The notes below the pieces were generated by a model that searched no databases, had not been told where the DNA came from, and was given only the letters and a program-made list of their open reading frames with translations. Position numbers and translations under genes: made by a program. Positions 17,678 through 27,442 of a DNA stretch of 64,000 nt are shown here, in pieces (position 1 is the stretch's first letter; each line of letters begins with the position of its first letter). The stretch lies in the IMG/VR virus record IMGVR_UViG_3300018080_000098, positions 62,001 to 126,000 of that record, one strand, 5' to 3'.

Positions 17678-20611
17678 CTAGGTTCTCCACGAGGTCCAGA
17701 TAATTATAGCTACATCATTTGAAGCAGCTCCCGTGGCAGACGCCTCAACCCAAACGTAGTCATCTTCATTCAAGTCTGTATTGGCAGAGTTATTTTTGTA
17801 AGTTCCAGCAGCCAATGAAAAGCTTAATACGCTTGATCCATTTACCAGTAAATCGAATTGTTTGGTTGCGTTGCCTGCTCTTGTTCTAGCTGTAATCCGT
17901 TTCACCGTGCAGTCTCTAGGAATTAGAATGCCTGTACCACTACCAGCATTGATAATTCCGTGGCCCCTCAATTGGTTTCCATCTGCATTATCATGCCCCC
18001 AACTATAAACGCATTCAGTAATGGAAAGCCATTTGGTACGAGTAGCATCGTAGTACTGCCACGACTCGAATGTAGTATTATAGTACATATCCCCATCACT
18101 TGGTGGTGGGGTTGTAGGATTGGTCGCAGAGGGAGGGTATATGTCTACTCCGCCCGTTTGCGCGTGGGTATGAAGTGCATCGGCGTTTGACCCATCAAGT
18201 AGAGTGTCTACATTTGGTGCAGTCCAGTTACCTGTGGTTAGTGCAACCCCGCCAATACGAAAAGCAGTTCCAGAAGGAACGTCTAATGCTGTGACAGACG
18301 TCCTCAAATCCACCAGCGGAGCATCGCCCTGCACGAATGTAGACGCCCTAAGAACAAGACGTCCTGATTGAGCTTCTACAATTCCGTTGGTGGTGAAATC
18401 ATATTCGGTGCCATCAGTAGTGACATTTCCATTGGAGGCTAAATTCCAATTGTCAGCGGTGACCACAAGATCCCCTGTGGTGCCCCCAGCAGTAATATTT
18501 ACATCACCGGAACCGCCAGCAGTTAAATTAAGGTTTCCTCCAGAAGTTACTACTGTGCCAGCTCCGCCGCTGAACAAAAGCGAAGTTCCGGAGATGCCTA
18601 GGCTTCCTGCTAGCTGAGCCGCGCCATTTTGTGCCAACACTAAAGCTAGGAGGTACCCTGGTTCAGAAAGATCTCCTGGGTCCGTTGGATTCTGTTTGTA
18701 CTTGAAGTGCAGATCTTGAGCAGATGCGTCTGATACTATCTGCCAATTTTCTACATCCGACGCATCTGCAGAGGGTAAAGCTATCCCTGTATCTTCTGGT
18801 GTCCCAGCAGCAGCATCTTCATTTACTATCCAAACATTAGAATTGGTTCCGTCAGAATTAAAGTTTGTTGAATCTATGGTGGTGCAGTAGACGTCTCCCA
18901 ATCTATTTGCGGCAGTACCAAAGTCGTGGCCGGTTGCTAGTACATCCGTCTGCACATTTATAGTAGGACCAGCTGGATTCAAACTCAGGAATTGAGTATA
19001 CCCGGCCTCTGTTAAATCCGTTAGGTCGGTTGGGTTTGTTTTGTGCTCAAACCATAGAGCAGATGTTGGACCTAGTAAGCGGGTTCTCCAGGACTCAATA
19101 TTACCTGATCCGTCACCAGCTGCCACAACGTGCCCTGCTATTTCGGCGGTTCCCCCAGCAGCATCATAGTTGATAATGAAGGGCTCAGCAGACGTTTGGA
19201 GCACGTCTGCGTTGACTGTCAATTCGCTCGAGGAAAAATCTCCGTAAATTAGCGGGGTGCTAGTACTGCTATTGGAGATATATAGTTTGTCGTCTCCCGC
19301 TTCGTTTTGGCCAGCGCGGAAACCTATAAATACATTGTTGCTTCCAGAAGCTCCTACAGATCCTGCTCTGTACCCGACTACTGTATTTTCGGTTCCGCTC
19401 ACATTGTTTTGTAGTGCAGCCCTACCAATTGCGATGTTACCAGTACCGCCGGGGTTAAGCTGTAGAGCATCTGTCCCCAGTGCAATGCAATCTCTAGCGT
19501 TTGTGGCTGTGTAGAGGGCGTGGTACCCGAGAACAATGTTGTCGTGGCCTTGCGTGTTGGAATAGAGTGCTTCGTAACCAACAACAGTGTTTGCGTCACC
19601 ATTTGTAGTTTGTGCGGCTGCTCCGTAGCCAATTGCTACGCCATACTCTGCTGATGTGGCGGCGCCAAAGGCTTCACTACCAATAGCAATGATGCCATTT
19701 GCTGTGTTCAGAGCGTCGAGAGTGTTGAAACCAATAGCTATTGTATCGTTGGCTGTTTGTTGCGTACTGCCAGCGCCGGTACCAAGAGCAGTATTTCGTT
19801 GACCCGTTGTTGTGCTATTTAACGCGTAGTAACCAACAGCAGTGTTGAAACCGGCTGCTGTCATATTTTCTAGCGCGTAATTTCCTACAGCAACACAGCG
19901 GCTTGTTGGGCCTGTGACCGAATTAAACGTGTTGCTGCCTACTCCAAGAATGTCTCCAGCTGATGTGGTGAAGTTGCCGGAGTTTCGCCCCAAGAAAAGA
20001 TTATTGTTGTAGGCGTGTAGGAATCGGGTTCCACCGAGCTCCACTACACCGTTTCCTGCACCGGACGTTGCTGGAAGGGTTAGGTTACCAGCGAGGACGT
20101 CTATTCCGCTGCTCGCATCCAGATTACCATAAACAGTGGTTACGTTGGTTGGGCCGTCGTAACCGATAGCTGTAGTATAGCCGCCTTCTGAAAGGTCTTT
20201 GGGGTCTGTAGGGTTGGTCTTGTACTGAACGTGGAATTCTCGACCACTGGTTACGGTTAGCTGCCTCCAATTGTGGAGGGTAGTAACGCCATCGGTGGCC
20301 TCCCACATAACCCCCACATTTTCAGCAACCGCTGGAACCGCGTCCTGATTTACCGCCCAGACGTTGGCGTTTGTTCCGTCGGTATTGATAGGCCCGATAA
20401 TATTGTTGGCGTTTAGATTGTTGCAGTAGATATCTCCTAATCTGTTGACGGCGGTTCCAAAATCATAGTTTGTTGCGAGTACATCACTTCCTATAGTGAG
20501 GCTTCCTGTTGCAGGCGCGATGTTACCGACGAGTAGTGTATCAGTATCGGCAATTTCGGTGTCGATTCGGGGCAGGGTGGGATCAAATGCTATGGCACGG
20601 TAGTTAGCCAT
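17678..20611 (-). CDS. Fibre protein with ~14-aa NTAVGxxAL beta-roll repeats (977 aa)
   Basis: Many [NS][TI]A[VI]GxxAL repeats; three copies of a KTNPTDxxDL[ST]ExGY module. Confidence 0.8.
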   Translation of the reverse strand: MANYRAIAFDPTLPRIDTEIADTDTLLVGNIAPATGSLTIGSDVLATNYDFGTAVNRLGDIYCNNLNANNIIGPINTDGTNANVWAVNQDAVPAVAENVGVMWEATDGVTTLHNWRQLTVTSGREFHVQYKTNPTDPKDLSEGGYTTAIGYDGPTNVTTVYGNLDASSGIDVLAGNLTLPATSGAGNGVVELGGTRFLHAYNNNLFLGRNSGNFTTSAGDILGVGSNTFNSVTGPTSRCVAVGNYALENMTAAGFNTAVGYYALNSTTTGQRNTALGTGAGSTQQTANDTIAIGFNTLDALNTANGIIAIGSEAFGAATSAEYGVAIGYGAAAQTTNGDANTVVGYEALYSNTQGHDNIVLGYHALYTATNARDCIALGTDALQLNPGGTGNIAIGRAALQNNVSGTENTVVGYRAGSVGASGSNNVFIGFRAGQNEAGDDKLYISNSSTSTPLIYGDFSSSELTVNADVLQTSAEPFIINYDAAGGTAEIAGHVVAAGDGSGNIESWRTRLLGPTSALWFEHKTNPTDLTDLTEAGYTQFLSLNPAGPTINVQTDVLATGHDFGTAANRLGDVYCTTIDSTNFNSDGTNSNVWIVNEDAAAGTPEDTGIALPSADASDVENWQIVSDASAQDLHFKYKQNPTDPGDLSEPGYLLALVLAQNGAAQLAGSLGISGTSLLFSGGAGTVVTSGGNLNLTAGGSGDVNITAGGTTGDLVVTADNWNLASNGNVTTDGTEYDFTTNGIVEAQSGRLVLRASTFVQGDAPLVDLRTSVTALDVPSGTAFRIGGVALTTGNWTAPNVDTLLDGSNADALHTHAQTGGVDIYPPSATNPTTPPPSDGDMYYNTTFESWQYYDATRTKWLSITECVYSWGHDNADGNQLRGHGIINAGSGTGILIPRDCTVKRITARTRAGNATKQFDLLVNGSSVLSFSLAAGTYKNNSANTDLNEDDYVWVEASATGAASNDVAIIIWTSWRT

Positions 20612-20613
20612 TC

Positions 20614-21360
20614 CTAAGCCTTCTTCAGGGGTCTACTGAGCTCCACGACCAGAATAGAAGCAGTTTTCGCGTAGCCTACTTGCTGTATAACATTCCCGCT
20701 TGTGGATGGTGGAGTGATAGTGACAGCGCCCGCAGTAGTGGCTGAAACGTAGTAGTAGTTATCAGCAGTTAAAGTAAACCCGGTCATTTCTCCTGAACGC
20801 CCAACGATACACGTGGTTGGGTTGGGTTTAGCTCGCACTATTCCTACGCTTGGCATTGTAGCAGTTGTGTTTGCACGAGCTTTGTCTACACTATCTGGTC
20901 CCGTTTGATAAACTACATCCCGAATTGCCACTGTAGCTGGGCATGCCCATTCTGTTTCTAGCAGTTCAATTTGTGGGATGGGGTCGGCTCCATCGAAGAC
21001 GTGCGTGCTGCCGTGTGCAGGAACTATTCCACCTGGTCCAATTATTACACCGTCCAGGTCATGTGTGGGTTCTCCAAACTTCTGCCTCAGTGCTCCTGTA
21101 GCATCTACCCAATAAGTGTACCCACCTAGGCGTAGTTTTGGCTCCTGGTCCCACTCCGACACGTAATCGATCACCTCATCCAGGTTAACAATTCTGATGA
21201 TGTTTTTGGTAAGGAGATCGCGTATCCTGTAGTCGTTGGTGAGCTTGTCGTATTCTACATACTGGTAGTCCTTTGTTTGGCGCGGACCAAGATTATCGTC
21301 GACTGGATTAGGTAACCCAACCGGGCTCGTCATCAACAAATTTGTGATCCGCACACCCAA
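20614..21360 (-). CDS. Putative capsid decoration/fibre protein with C-terminal DUF2190-like domain
   Basis: TTG start with AGGAG; N-terminus paralogous to 21828..23354; C-terminal DVVY...KARA....PSVGIV...GEMTG...YYVS...G.VT.TPP...IQQVG. Confidence 0.7.
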   Translation of the reverse strand: MGVRITNLLMTSPVGLPNPVDDNLGPRQTKDYQYVEYDKLTNDYRIRDLLTKNIIRIVNLDEVIDYVSEWDQEPKLRLGGYTYWVDATGALRQKFGEPTHDLDGVIIGPGGIVPAHGSTHVFDGADPIPQIELLETEWACPATVAIRDVVYQTGPDSVDKARANTTATMPSVGIVRAKPNPTTCIVGRSGEMTGFTLTADNYYYVSATTAGAVTITPPSTSGNVIQQVGYAKTASILVVELSRPLKKA

Positions 21361-21388
21361 TTAAAAACTCCTGTGCAAGCGAAAAGAT

Positions 21389-21667
21389 TTATGCGGGCTC
21401 AGTGTACTGTACAAGAATCCCTACTGAAAGGGTGAGCTCAGCACCATCTGCTGGTACCGTAGCGATCTCCGTCCATTCAGCAGGCAACGGGTCTGGCAGC
21501 TCTATACTTCCAATCTCTGCTACAACCTCCTTCAGCATCTCCAATACAGTTTTTTCGCCATCAGCCGTGACCTCTACATCGAGACTCCCGTCACTCTGCA
21601 GACGTAGCGTAGCTGTGTGCTTCGTGTTTACACTGAACCCTCCAACATCTGCGCTCACTGGGGGCAT
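21389..21667 (-). CDS. Small acidic hypothetical protein (92 aa, MPPVSADV...)
   Basis: ATG 21667 with AAGGAG SD, inside ORF 21389..21703. Confidence 0.75.
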   Translation of the reverse strand: MPPVSADVGGFSVNTKHTATLRLQSDGSLDVEVTADGEKTVLEMLKEVVAEIGSIELPDPLPAEWTEIATVPADGAELTLSVGILVQYTEPA

Positions 21668-21731
21668 CGTTAGTCTCCTTGTGTGCCGCTTGCTGATAAG
21701 CACCCAACAGAATGTTCGATGCGCATTAGCA

Positions 21732-21817
21732 AGCAGCCCCTACTACCAGGGCTGCTCATTATGCCGCCCCTACTACCAGGGCAGCGCGTTAAACCATCCC
21801 TACTACCAGGACGGCTC
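21732..21817 (-). repeat. Three tandem hairpins, 30-nt period, invariant core CCTGGTAGTAGGG (minus strand)
   Basis: Plus-strand CCCTACTACCAGG at 21738, 21768 and 21798; the flanking arms differ between copies but each pairs. Confidence 0.9.
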
Positions 21818-21827
21818 CTCGCTAAAT

Positions 21828-23354
21828 TTAATGCGCGCACCGTGCAGGGAGCAATCGGTACGTCGCATGCGGTACCCTCCTTCTTATAGAATAAAGTGGA
21901 TACCAGGCAGATCTCATGCCCGTAAGCTTGTTTCTCCTAGCTACGTACACTTTGTCCGGGTAACTGTTGCTATCAGGATTGTACCCTACGCAACCTGGCT
22001 GTCGCTGTGCGAGTACCGAGCTGAGCTTTAACGGGCTCGGGGTTACAACGGTCCAGTGGGACCACATGTAGTGCTCGTCGTCCGTTCCAACAGTGTACCA
22101 TGGATCGGCCACCACAACATACTTTGGGCGCGACGTGTTCCTGTAAACCAGCTTGAGTGTGAGCTCATAGGTGCCCAAGTCAAAAGATTCAGTGGCAAAC
22201 GAATCGTAGTTGTATGGGTACATCAAGTAAGCACGCCAACGGCCGGACAGATCTACTGGAAATATGATTGCAGATACAGCACTCGTGGCAGCAAGCCCCC
22301 AATCACGTGGGCCAGACGGTATCACAACCTGTAGAATCCTTTTCCTGCCATACTCTTGTAGAATGAATGGGTTTCCTACAACGTAACTTCCTGCAGGCGC
22401 CGGAACTACCCAACTTACTGCTGCTGTATCCCATACAGCACCACGTGCGTTTGGAGGCACGTTTACAATAGACCCAACCTTTGGGAGCCCGTGTTTGCTG
22501 CGCACCCGAATGGTGTGCCAAATAGCGTTGTCCTCATTGACTATAGGGAGCACTCCTGTGTCGGCTTGTACAATCCGTTGAGCGAGCTCACCGTAATAGT
22601 TGGTGTAGTATTGAGGAGCGTTAAACGCACTAGAAACTCCATATGGTTGCGTGCGCCGGTTGTATTTGTATTTTCCAAGAACAGAAGCTACCAATGAATT
22701 TCTATGCACCACCTTGTGCGGGAACGAGTCACTCACATCAACTCGTTCTTCTGTACGGAAATTCATGACACTGGCAGTGTAGACACCTCCAGCAGACGGG
22801 ATTACTGTTTCCATCCAGCTGAAGAGATCGTTGATTGCGTCAAATCTTCGGTACTCCGTCCAAGTGCTTCCCGGATATTTCAAGCTCCAGTAGCAATACT
22901 TATACAGGGTGTCCCAGGTTCCCATGACGCGGTTTTCGAACCAGCTGAAAAACGCTGACCGCACCTGGGCGAACGGACGTCCTGAAACCGGTATCGTGTC
23001 TGAGTAAATCGAGACAGCTTTGTCTGCCGCACCCAACGGGTCTCCGTCTGTGTCCGACGTTGGTGTTCCATCTACCACCCGTGTAGTACCTGTAGCGTCA
23101 ATCCAGTACTCGTGGGTTCCTATTGTCAGGTGCGGAGTTTCGTTCCAACTCCCAGAAAACTGGATGTCCATATCATCCAGATTTTTTATTTTCAGTACTC
23201 CCTTACGAAGGAGGTACTGCACGTTACCATTGTTAATCAGAGAGTCGTACTCAACGTCTTGGTAAACGCGTGCTTCCCCAATATTGAATGCTTGCCCACC
23301 AACACCAGGCACTACAAGTTTGAACGAGCCTTTGTTCCAGATTTTGACTGCCAT
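21828..23354 (-). CDS. Putative virion protein (508 aa)
   Basis: N-terminal ~105 aa paralogous to 20614..21360, including YWIDATG..R...G.PTSDTDG; aromatic-rich remainder. Confidence 0.75.
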   Translation of the reverse strand: MAVKIWNKGSFKLVVPGVGGQAFNIGEARVYQDVEYDSLINNGNVQYLLRKGVLKIKNLDDMDIQFSGSWNETPHLTIGTHEYWIDATGTTRVVDGTPTSDTDGDPLGAADKAVSIYSDTIPVSGRPFAQVRSAFFSWFENRVMGTWDTLYKYCYWSLKYPGSTWTEYRRFDAINDLFSWMETVIPSAGGVYTASVMNFRTEERVDVSDSFPHKVVHRNSLVASVLGKYKYNRRTQPYGVSSAFNAPQYYTNYYGELAQRIVQADTGVLPIVNEDNAIWHTIRVRSKHGLPKVGSIVNVPPNARGAVWDTAAVSWVVPAPAGSYVVGNPFILQEYGRKRILQVVIPSGPRDWGLAATSAVSAIIFPVDLSGRWRAYLMYPYNYDSFATESFDLGTYELTLKLVYRNTSRPKYVVVADPWYTVGTDDEHYMWSHWTVVTPSPLKLSSVLAQRQPGCVGYNPDSNSYPDKVYVARRNKLTGMRSAWYPLYSIRRRVPHATYRLLPARCAH

Positions 23355-23357
23355 CGT

Positions 23358-23807
23358 TTACCCTTCGTAATACGCGTCTTTGTTTATCTTTGGAAGCATC
23401 ACTTTGCCCTGTAGCCAAGAATTGATAATATACGCAGGTTTGTCGTAGTAAAATATTTCCACTTCTTGGTTGGGGTAATTAGCAAACTCGTCGTACTCGT
23501 TCTTCGAAAGTGCGCCTGCGTTGATAGCGGAGACGAGGGTTGCCGGAGCTTCAGTAATCAGGCCTCCATCTACAAGGCCCGCGATCTCATCGTCCGACCA
23601 TCCAAGGTCAGCCAGTTTTTGCCAGGTAGCAGGCATGATTGTGGGGCGTATGATACTCTCCAGGAAACGATGGAAGCTCCCGTTCGCTAGGGAGTCGTAA
23701 GCGTTCGCCTGGTCGATAGCTCCCAGGAAATCGTCAGGGTCGAGCACCTCGAAAGCGCGAGCGATGCCAGCAGCACGGATAGCTTTTTTCAGCAGGTCCT
23801 TGGCCAT
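23358..23807 (-). CDS. Hypothetical protein (149 aa)
   Basis: Co-oriented; TAATG coupling with the upstream gene. Confidence 0.8.
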   Translation of the reverse strand: MAKDLLKKAIRAAGIARAFEVLDPDDFLGAIDQANAYDSLANGSFHRFLESIIRPTIMPATWQKLADLGWSDDEIAGLVDGGLITEAPATLVSAINAGALSKNEYDEFANYPNQEVEIFYYDKPAYIINSWLQGKVMLPKINKDAYYEG

Positions 23808-24190
23808 TAGTCGTTCTGCTTCCTATACTGGAGCTCCTTGAAGACGTTCTTCACGAGGCTCCAATCGATGCCCATGCAGCGTCTGCATTTATCCTCGAGC
23901 TCCTTGTAGCTTACTGAGCGCAGATAGCGTTGCTCTTTTTTGAACTTTTCAGGGTCGTCTTTCGCGAGATACCTCGCCACTTCATTTTCTGATGGCATTC
24001 CTGGAACGAGGACCCATTTGTGCTTTTCGTCGTGCCAGAAGACGCGACCGACCTTCGGGTTGTCTTTGGAGCCCCATTGTTGAAGCACACGCATGAGGGG
24101 TCCGACTTCGTTGCTGGCGAACCACTGGATACCGTACAAATCGGTGGCTACGCGAATGTACCTTTTTCCTCTATAGGTGATTCGTTGCAT
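23807..24190 (-). CDS. Hypothetical basic protein (127 aa)
   Basis: Co-oriented and coupled to both neighbours; begins MQRITYRGKRYIRVA. Confidence 0.75.
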   Translation of the reverse strand: MQRITYRGKRYIRVATDLYGIQWFASNEVGPLMRVLQQWGSKDNPKVGRVFWHDEKHKWVLVPGMPSENEVARYLAKDDPEKFKKEQRYLRSVSYKELEDKCRRCMGIDWSLVKNVFKELQYRKQND

Positions 24191-24192
24191 TG

Positions 24193-24807
24193 TTATAAAA
24201 TCGCTATAAACTGCGGATGAATTACCAAAGTGTTGCTGTCTTTAGCGACTCCCATTATTTGAATGGTGTCTCCTGCACCATGTCCAGAAACGTTATTCGT
24301 GATCTGCCCTGCAGTAGTATCAAGGTAGTAGGTGTCGCCAGCTACGAGGGTGCCGCTGAATACGGCAGCTTCTCCAGCGTACTGGACCGTGGCTGTAGCA
24401 ACGTCGGGTTTTGCGATACAGATTCCGACGGTGAAGTTGGCTCCTGTTGGCGACGATGCGTCTGCCTGCGAAACGGTGTTTGCTGCGGACACGTACACGG
24501 CATCAGCCACGTTCACGGTGGGCCCTGTGTAGGTACCAACGACGGCGCCAGTACTACCTCCGGCAGCGATATTTATCCACGTGTTTGGGGTGGTGGTCTT
24601 CCACCAAAGAGTGGCATTGCTTTGCTTATAGAACTGTCCGATGGGCAGGTTGTACAGCCACTGTTCACCTGGAGTCCCGAGAGGATTTACTGCGTTGGGG
24701 TCGCCGTCGTAGCCGAGAGGAGTAACCTTGTCGTTCAGCGTGGTCAACGGGGACCACGTGATGACCCGTCGCTCAATCTCAAACTGATTAAGGACCGGGT
24801 CTGCCAT
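24193..24807 (-). CDS. Putative capsid decoration protein with DUF2190-like domain
   Basis: DAVYVSAANTVSQADA....TVGICIAK....VQYAGE...LVAGDTYYLD...G..IQIMGVAK. Confidence 0.7.
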   Translation of the reverse strand: MADPVLNQFEIERRVITWSPLTTLNDKVTPLGYDGDPNAVNPLGTPGEQWLYNLPIGQFYKQSNATLWWKTTTPNTWINIAAGGSTGAVVGTYTGPTVNVADAVYVSAANTVSQADASSPTGANFTVGICIAKPDVATATVQYAGEAAVFSGTLVAGDTYYLDTTAGQITNNVSGHGAGDTIQIMGVAKDSNTLVIHPQFIAIL

Positions 24808-27116
24808 TATACAGTCTCCTCCACGGTCACATCTGTATCGTCTGAGCTCGAGCTGGTTGCTGCTGTATCGAGGATCCGCGCCGTAGTTGGGCTGCTACCA
24901 ATCGTGCCTGCGAAGCACCAGCTGTTGGGGTCTGGTGTCGTCGTGGTGTTGAACGCTCTTTTGTTGGGCAAGTCTTTGAACGCCCACTCCAGCGTGCATT
25001 TAGCGTAGTCGGCCACTGCTGCATTGAACGTCGTTTCGTTGTTGAACGCGGGCAGCGTGATCGTTCTTGATACGAATCCTCCTATAATGTAGTTGCTATC
25101 TCCTGTGTAGGTGGTGGTCACCCTGTTTGCCAGATTGGTGGCTGCTAGGGTACCATAGGCGTACGTGCCCACAGTGTCATTGTCGTGGCACTGGAGGTCT
25201 CTGGTCCACACTTCGGGTCCGCCGGTCCAGCCAGCTCCCTGCCAGGTTCCTCCGCCAGCAGGTGGGGCGGCAATAGTGGGGGCGGTGATAAGGCGCTGGT
25301 TGGCGGTTAGCGTGATTGTGTGGTTTTGCGTGCTCGTGCCATCGTTGCCGCCAGTGCGCAATCTGGTGGCGGGTTCTGTCATCTGGATTTGGGCGAAGTC
25401 GTGTGCGATGTAGACTACGACATTCTCGGTTGTAGTTGCATCGTTGGCTGCTCGGTTTGCGGAGATCTGGTAGTTCGGGCTGGTGATGTTGTAGCCACCA
25501 GCGCTGCGTGCGACTCCAGCTTTGTTTGCAGCGTATGTGTTGGGGCTGGGAATCGAGAGTTGTCCTAGTGGCGAAAAGTAAGTGATTGTGTCGAAGTTGA
25601 GGCAGATCGAGTGCACGGTGACTGTTTCGGCGTCTTTTATTGCCTCTTGTGTTGCCGGGTACGTAATATCCGACTGGTCCATCGCCCCTACTGTTGGGTA
25701 GAGGTTGTTGAGGAAGACGAGGTCCTTGCCGTCTACAGTTCCGCCGCCTGCGTTGGTATACACCCAATCCGACCAGGTTCCCGTGGAGCGTTGTACTCTC
25801 ACACGTGCTGGGAGTGCTTGGGTGGTGGTACCTCGGTCTGCGATATCGGAGGCGAAGGTATGGTTGGTTGTGGGTGCTACGCTGAAGCTCATTGCTTCGC
25901 AGGCGCCGCTGTTTTCCACTTCGACGTTGACAAACTGCAGGTCGGTTTGGATATTGATGTCGAAGGTGTCTGTAGCCTTGAGCTCGGTTTGCGTCCCAGG
26001 GTAGCCGCCCGTGAATTCGAGGGTGGTTATTTGTGGCTTTGCGTCTTCGGTCACGATGATGGTGTACGAGTTTCCATCTTGGTGTGTGGCTGTGATTGTG
26101 TACGGGAGTGTGAATCCTGTTAGGTCGGCTGTTCCGTGGTACGCTGTTGGGTCCTGGTTTGGAGAGGTACTCCAGACGACGGGTTCTCCATTCACGTCGA
26201 CGTCTGGACGGACTTGTACGTGTCCGGTGTAGGCGAAGACGTGAACCGTGATCACGGTCACGTCCGGGCTAGCAGCTGCGCTGGCTACGCGGGTTCCATT
26301 CTCCGTGAGGGTGACGTCGATGTTGCCGATGTTGGGCGTGAGGTTGGAGATGAAGATCACGCCGTCGTAGTCGGGCCCTCCCCCGCCGCCTAATGGGTAA
26401 TCGGTGGCACCGTCCCAAACGTGTACCAGGTTGTCACCAGAGTTCCAGTACATCAGACGGTCGAGCGGGTCGGTGCTGGGAGTAGTTGCTTGCTGCGGGT
26501 CGAAGTAGTAGGTGGGGCTCTTCGCAGAGGTGCCGAAGTAGCCATCTCGTGCGGTCCAGCTATCTCTACCGATGTAGACGTCTCGAGGTCTACGTAGTTG
26601 CACTCCGTCGTCTAGGGAGCCGATGTCGTAGACGGTGTCAGTGGTAAATTCTACGTGGCCACCGATGCGCAGTTGACCTTCTTGGTTGACTTCGAGGAAG
26701 TATGTGGAGCCGTCTCGAACGCGTAGGTAATCCACGGTGCCTTGAGTGGCCCAGATGTCTACGGGTCCGAGGTTGGGGTCGAGGTCGATGTAGGGGCCAT
26801 CGCGGTACGATTCCCGCAGCGGCATAAATACGGTATTGTGGTCGTGCGTGTGTGCAGTGACAGGTGTAGGGACCTGTTCCAGCGTTAGCAGAACAATGTA
26901 GAACTGGATGTCCCCTATGTACCCTTCTTGGAGTAGGCGGCTTCCCAGGAAGACTGTATTCTCAGGCAGGCCAGCGAGCGAAGTTATTCTCGCTTTTTCC
27001 TCATCCTGCAGAACGTACTGTTCTGGGTCTACGATAGGGTCGAGGGATTTCAGCGTAACGCGAACTGCGTAGACGCGTGTTGCTGACGTCACCTGGGTGG
27101 TGATTTCTACAGCCAT
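24807..27116 (-). CDS. Putative virion fibre/decoration protein with Ig-like beta-sandwich repeats (769 aa)
   Basis: Thr-rich beta-strand composition; YDIGS....RPRDVY fibre motif; N-terminus similar to 27138..27431. Confidence 0.7.
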   Translation of the reverse strand: MAVEITTQVTSATRVYAVRVTLKSLDPIVDPEQYVLQDEEKARITSLAGLPENTVFLGSRLLQEGYIGDIQFYIVLLTLEQVPTPVTAHTHDHNTVFMPLRESYRDGPYIDLDPNLGPVDIWATQGTVDYLRVRDGSTYFLEVNQEGQLRIGGHVEFTTDTVYDIGSLDDGVQLRRPRDVYIGRDSWTARDGYFGTSAKSPTYYFDPQQATTPSTDPLDRLMYWNSGDNLVHVWDGATDYPLGGGGGPDYDGVIFISNLTPNIGNIDVTLTENGTRVASAAASPDVTVITVHVFAYTGHVQVRPDVDVNGEPVVWSTSPNQDPTAYHGTADLTGFTLPYTITATHQDGNSYTIIVTEDAKPQITTLEFTGGYPGTQTELKATDTFDINIQTDLQFVNVEVENSGACEAMSFSVAPTTNHTFASDIADRGTTTQALPARVRVQRSTGTWSDWVYTNAGGGTVDGKDLVFLNNLYPTVGAMDQSDITYPATQEAIKDAETVTVHSICLNFDTITYFSPLGQLSIPSPNTYAANKAGVARSAGGYNITSPNYQISANRAANDATTTENVVVYIAHDFAQIQMTEPATRLRTGGNDGTSTQNHTITLTANQRLITAPTIAAPPAGGGTWQGAGWTGGPEVWTRDLQCHDNDTVGTYAYGTLAATNLANRVTTTYTGDSNYIIGGFVSRTITLPAFNNETTFNAAVADYAKCTLEWAFKDLPNKRAFNTTTTPDPNSWCFAGTIGSSPTTARILDTAATSSSSDDTDVTVEETV

Positions 27117-27137
27117 CGTGCAGCTAATTGCCTTTGG

Positions 27138-27431
27138 TTAGCTGTTCGCTGCGTCCAACTGCATCTTGTAGATGTGGTTGCCATTGGATGCAGTCGTGTG
27201 GGACTCTTCGGTAATAGTTGTGAACTCTACGTCCTCCTCGAGCCCAGCGCGGCTGACTATTTCAGGCAGCATGTTTTGCGCTGTGATGTAGTCTGTCGAT
27301 GTTGGCAGAAGTTCCTCACGTGCAACTAGTGTCACCTTCACTGTAGCAGGTGAGCTATTTATCACCGAGGTGGTGATGGATAGAACAACCAGCCCGCTGG
27401 AGATTGGTTGCTTTTCGATTTGGGTAACCAT
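27138..27431 (-). CDS. Hypothetical protein (97 aa), paralogous to the N-terminal domain of 24807..27116
   Basis: ITTSV....VKVTL.......DY........I.S.AGL.E...F aligns by eye with ITTQV....VRVTL.......QY........I.SLAGL.E...F. Confidence 0.7.
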   Translation of the reverse strand: MVTQIEKQPISSGLVVLSITTSVINSSPATVKVTLVAREELLPTSTDYITAQNMLPEIVSRAGLEEDVEFTTITEESHTTASNGNHIYKMQLDAANS

Positions 27432-27442
27432 AGCGCTTTCCT

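Noticed and set aside
21732-21817. Possible mini-CRISPR array
   Set aside because: The constant core is only 13 nt, the period is 30 nt, the variable parts are self-complementary stems rather than spacers, and no cas genes are present.
21683-21889. Short plus-strand ORF with PLLPG repeats
   Set aside because: A by-product of the 30-nt hairpin periodicity; antisense to the operon.
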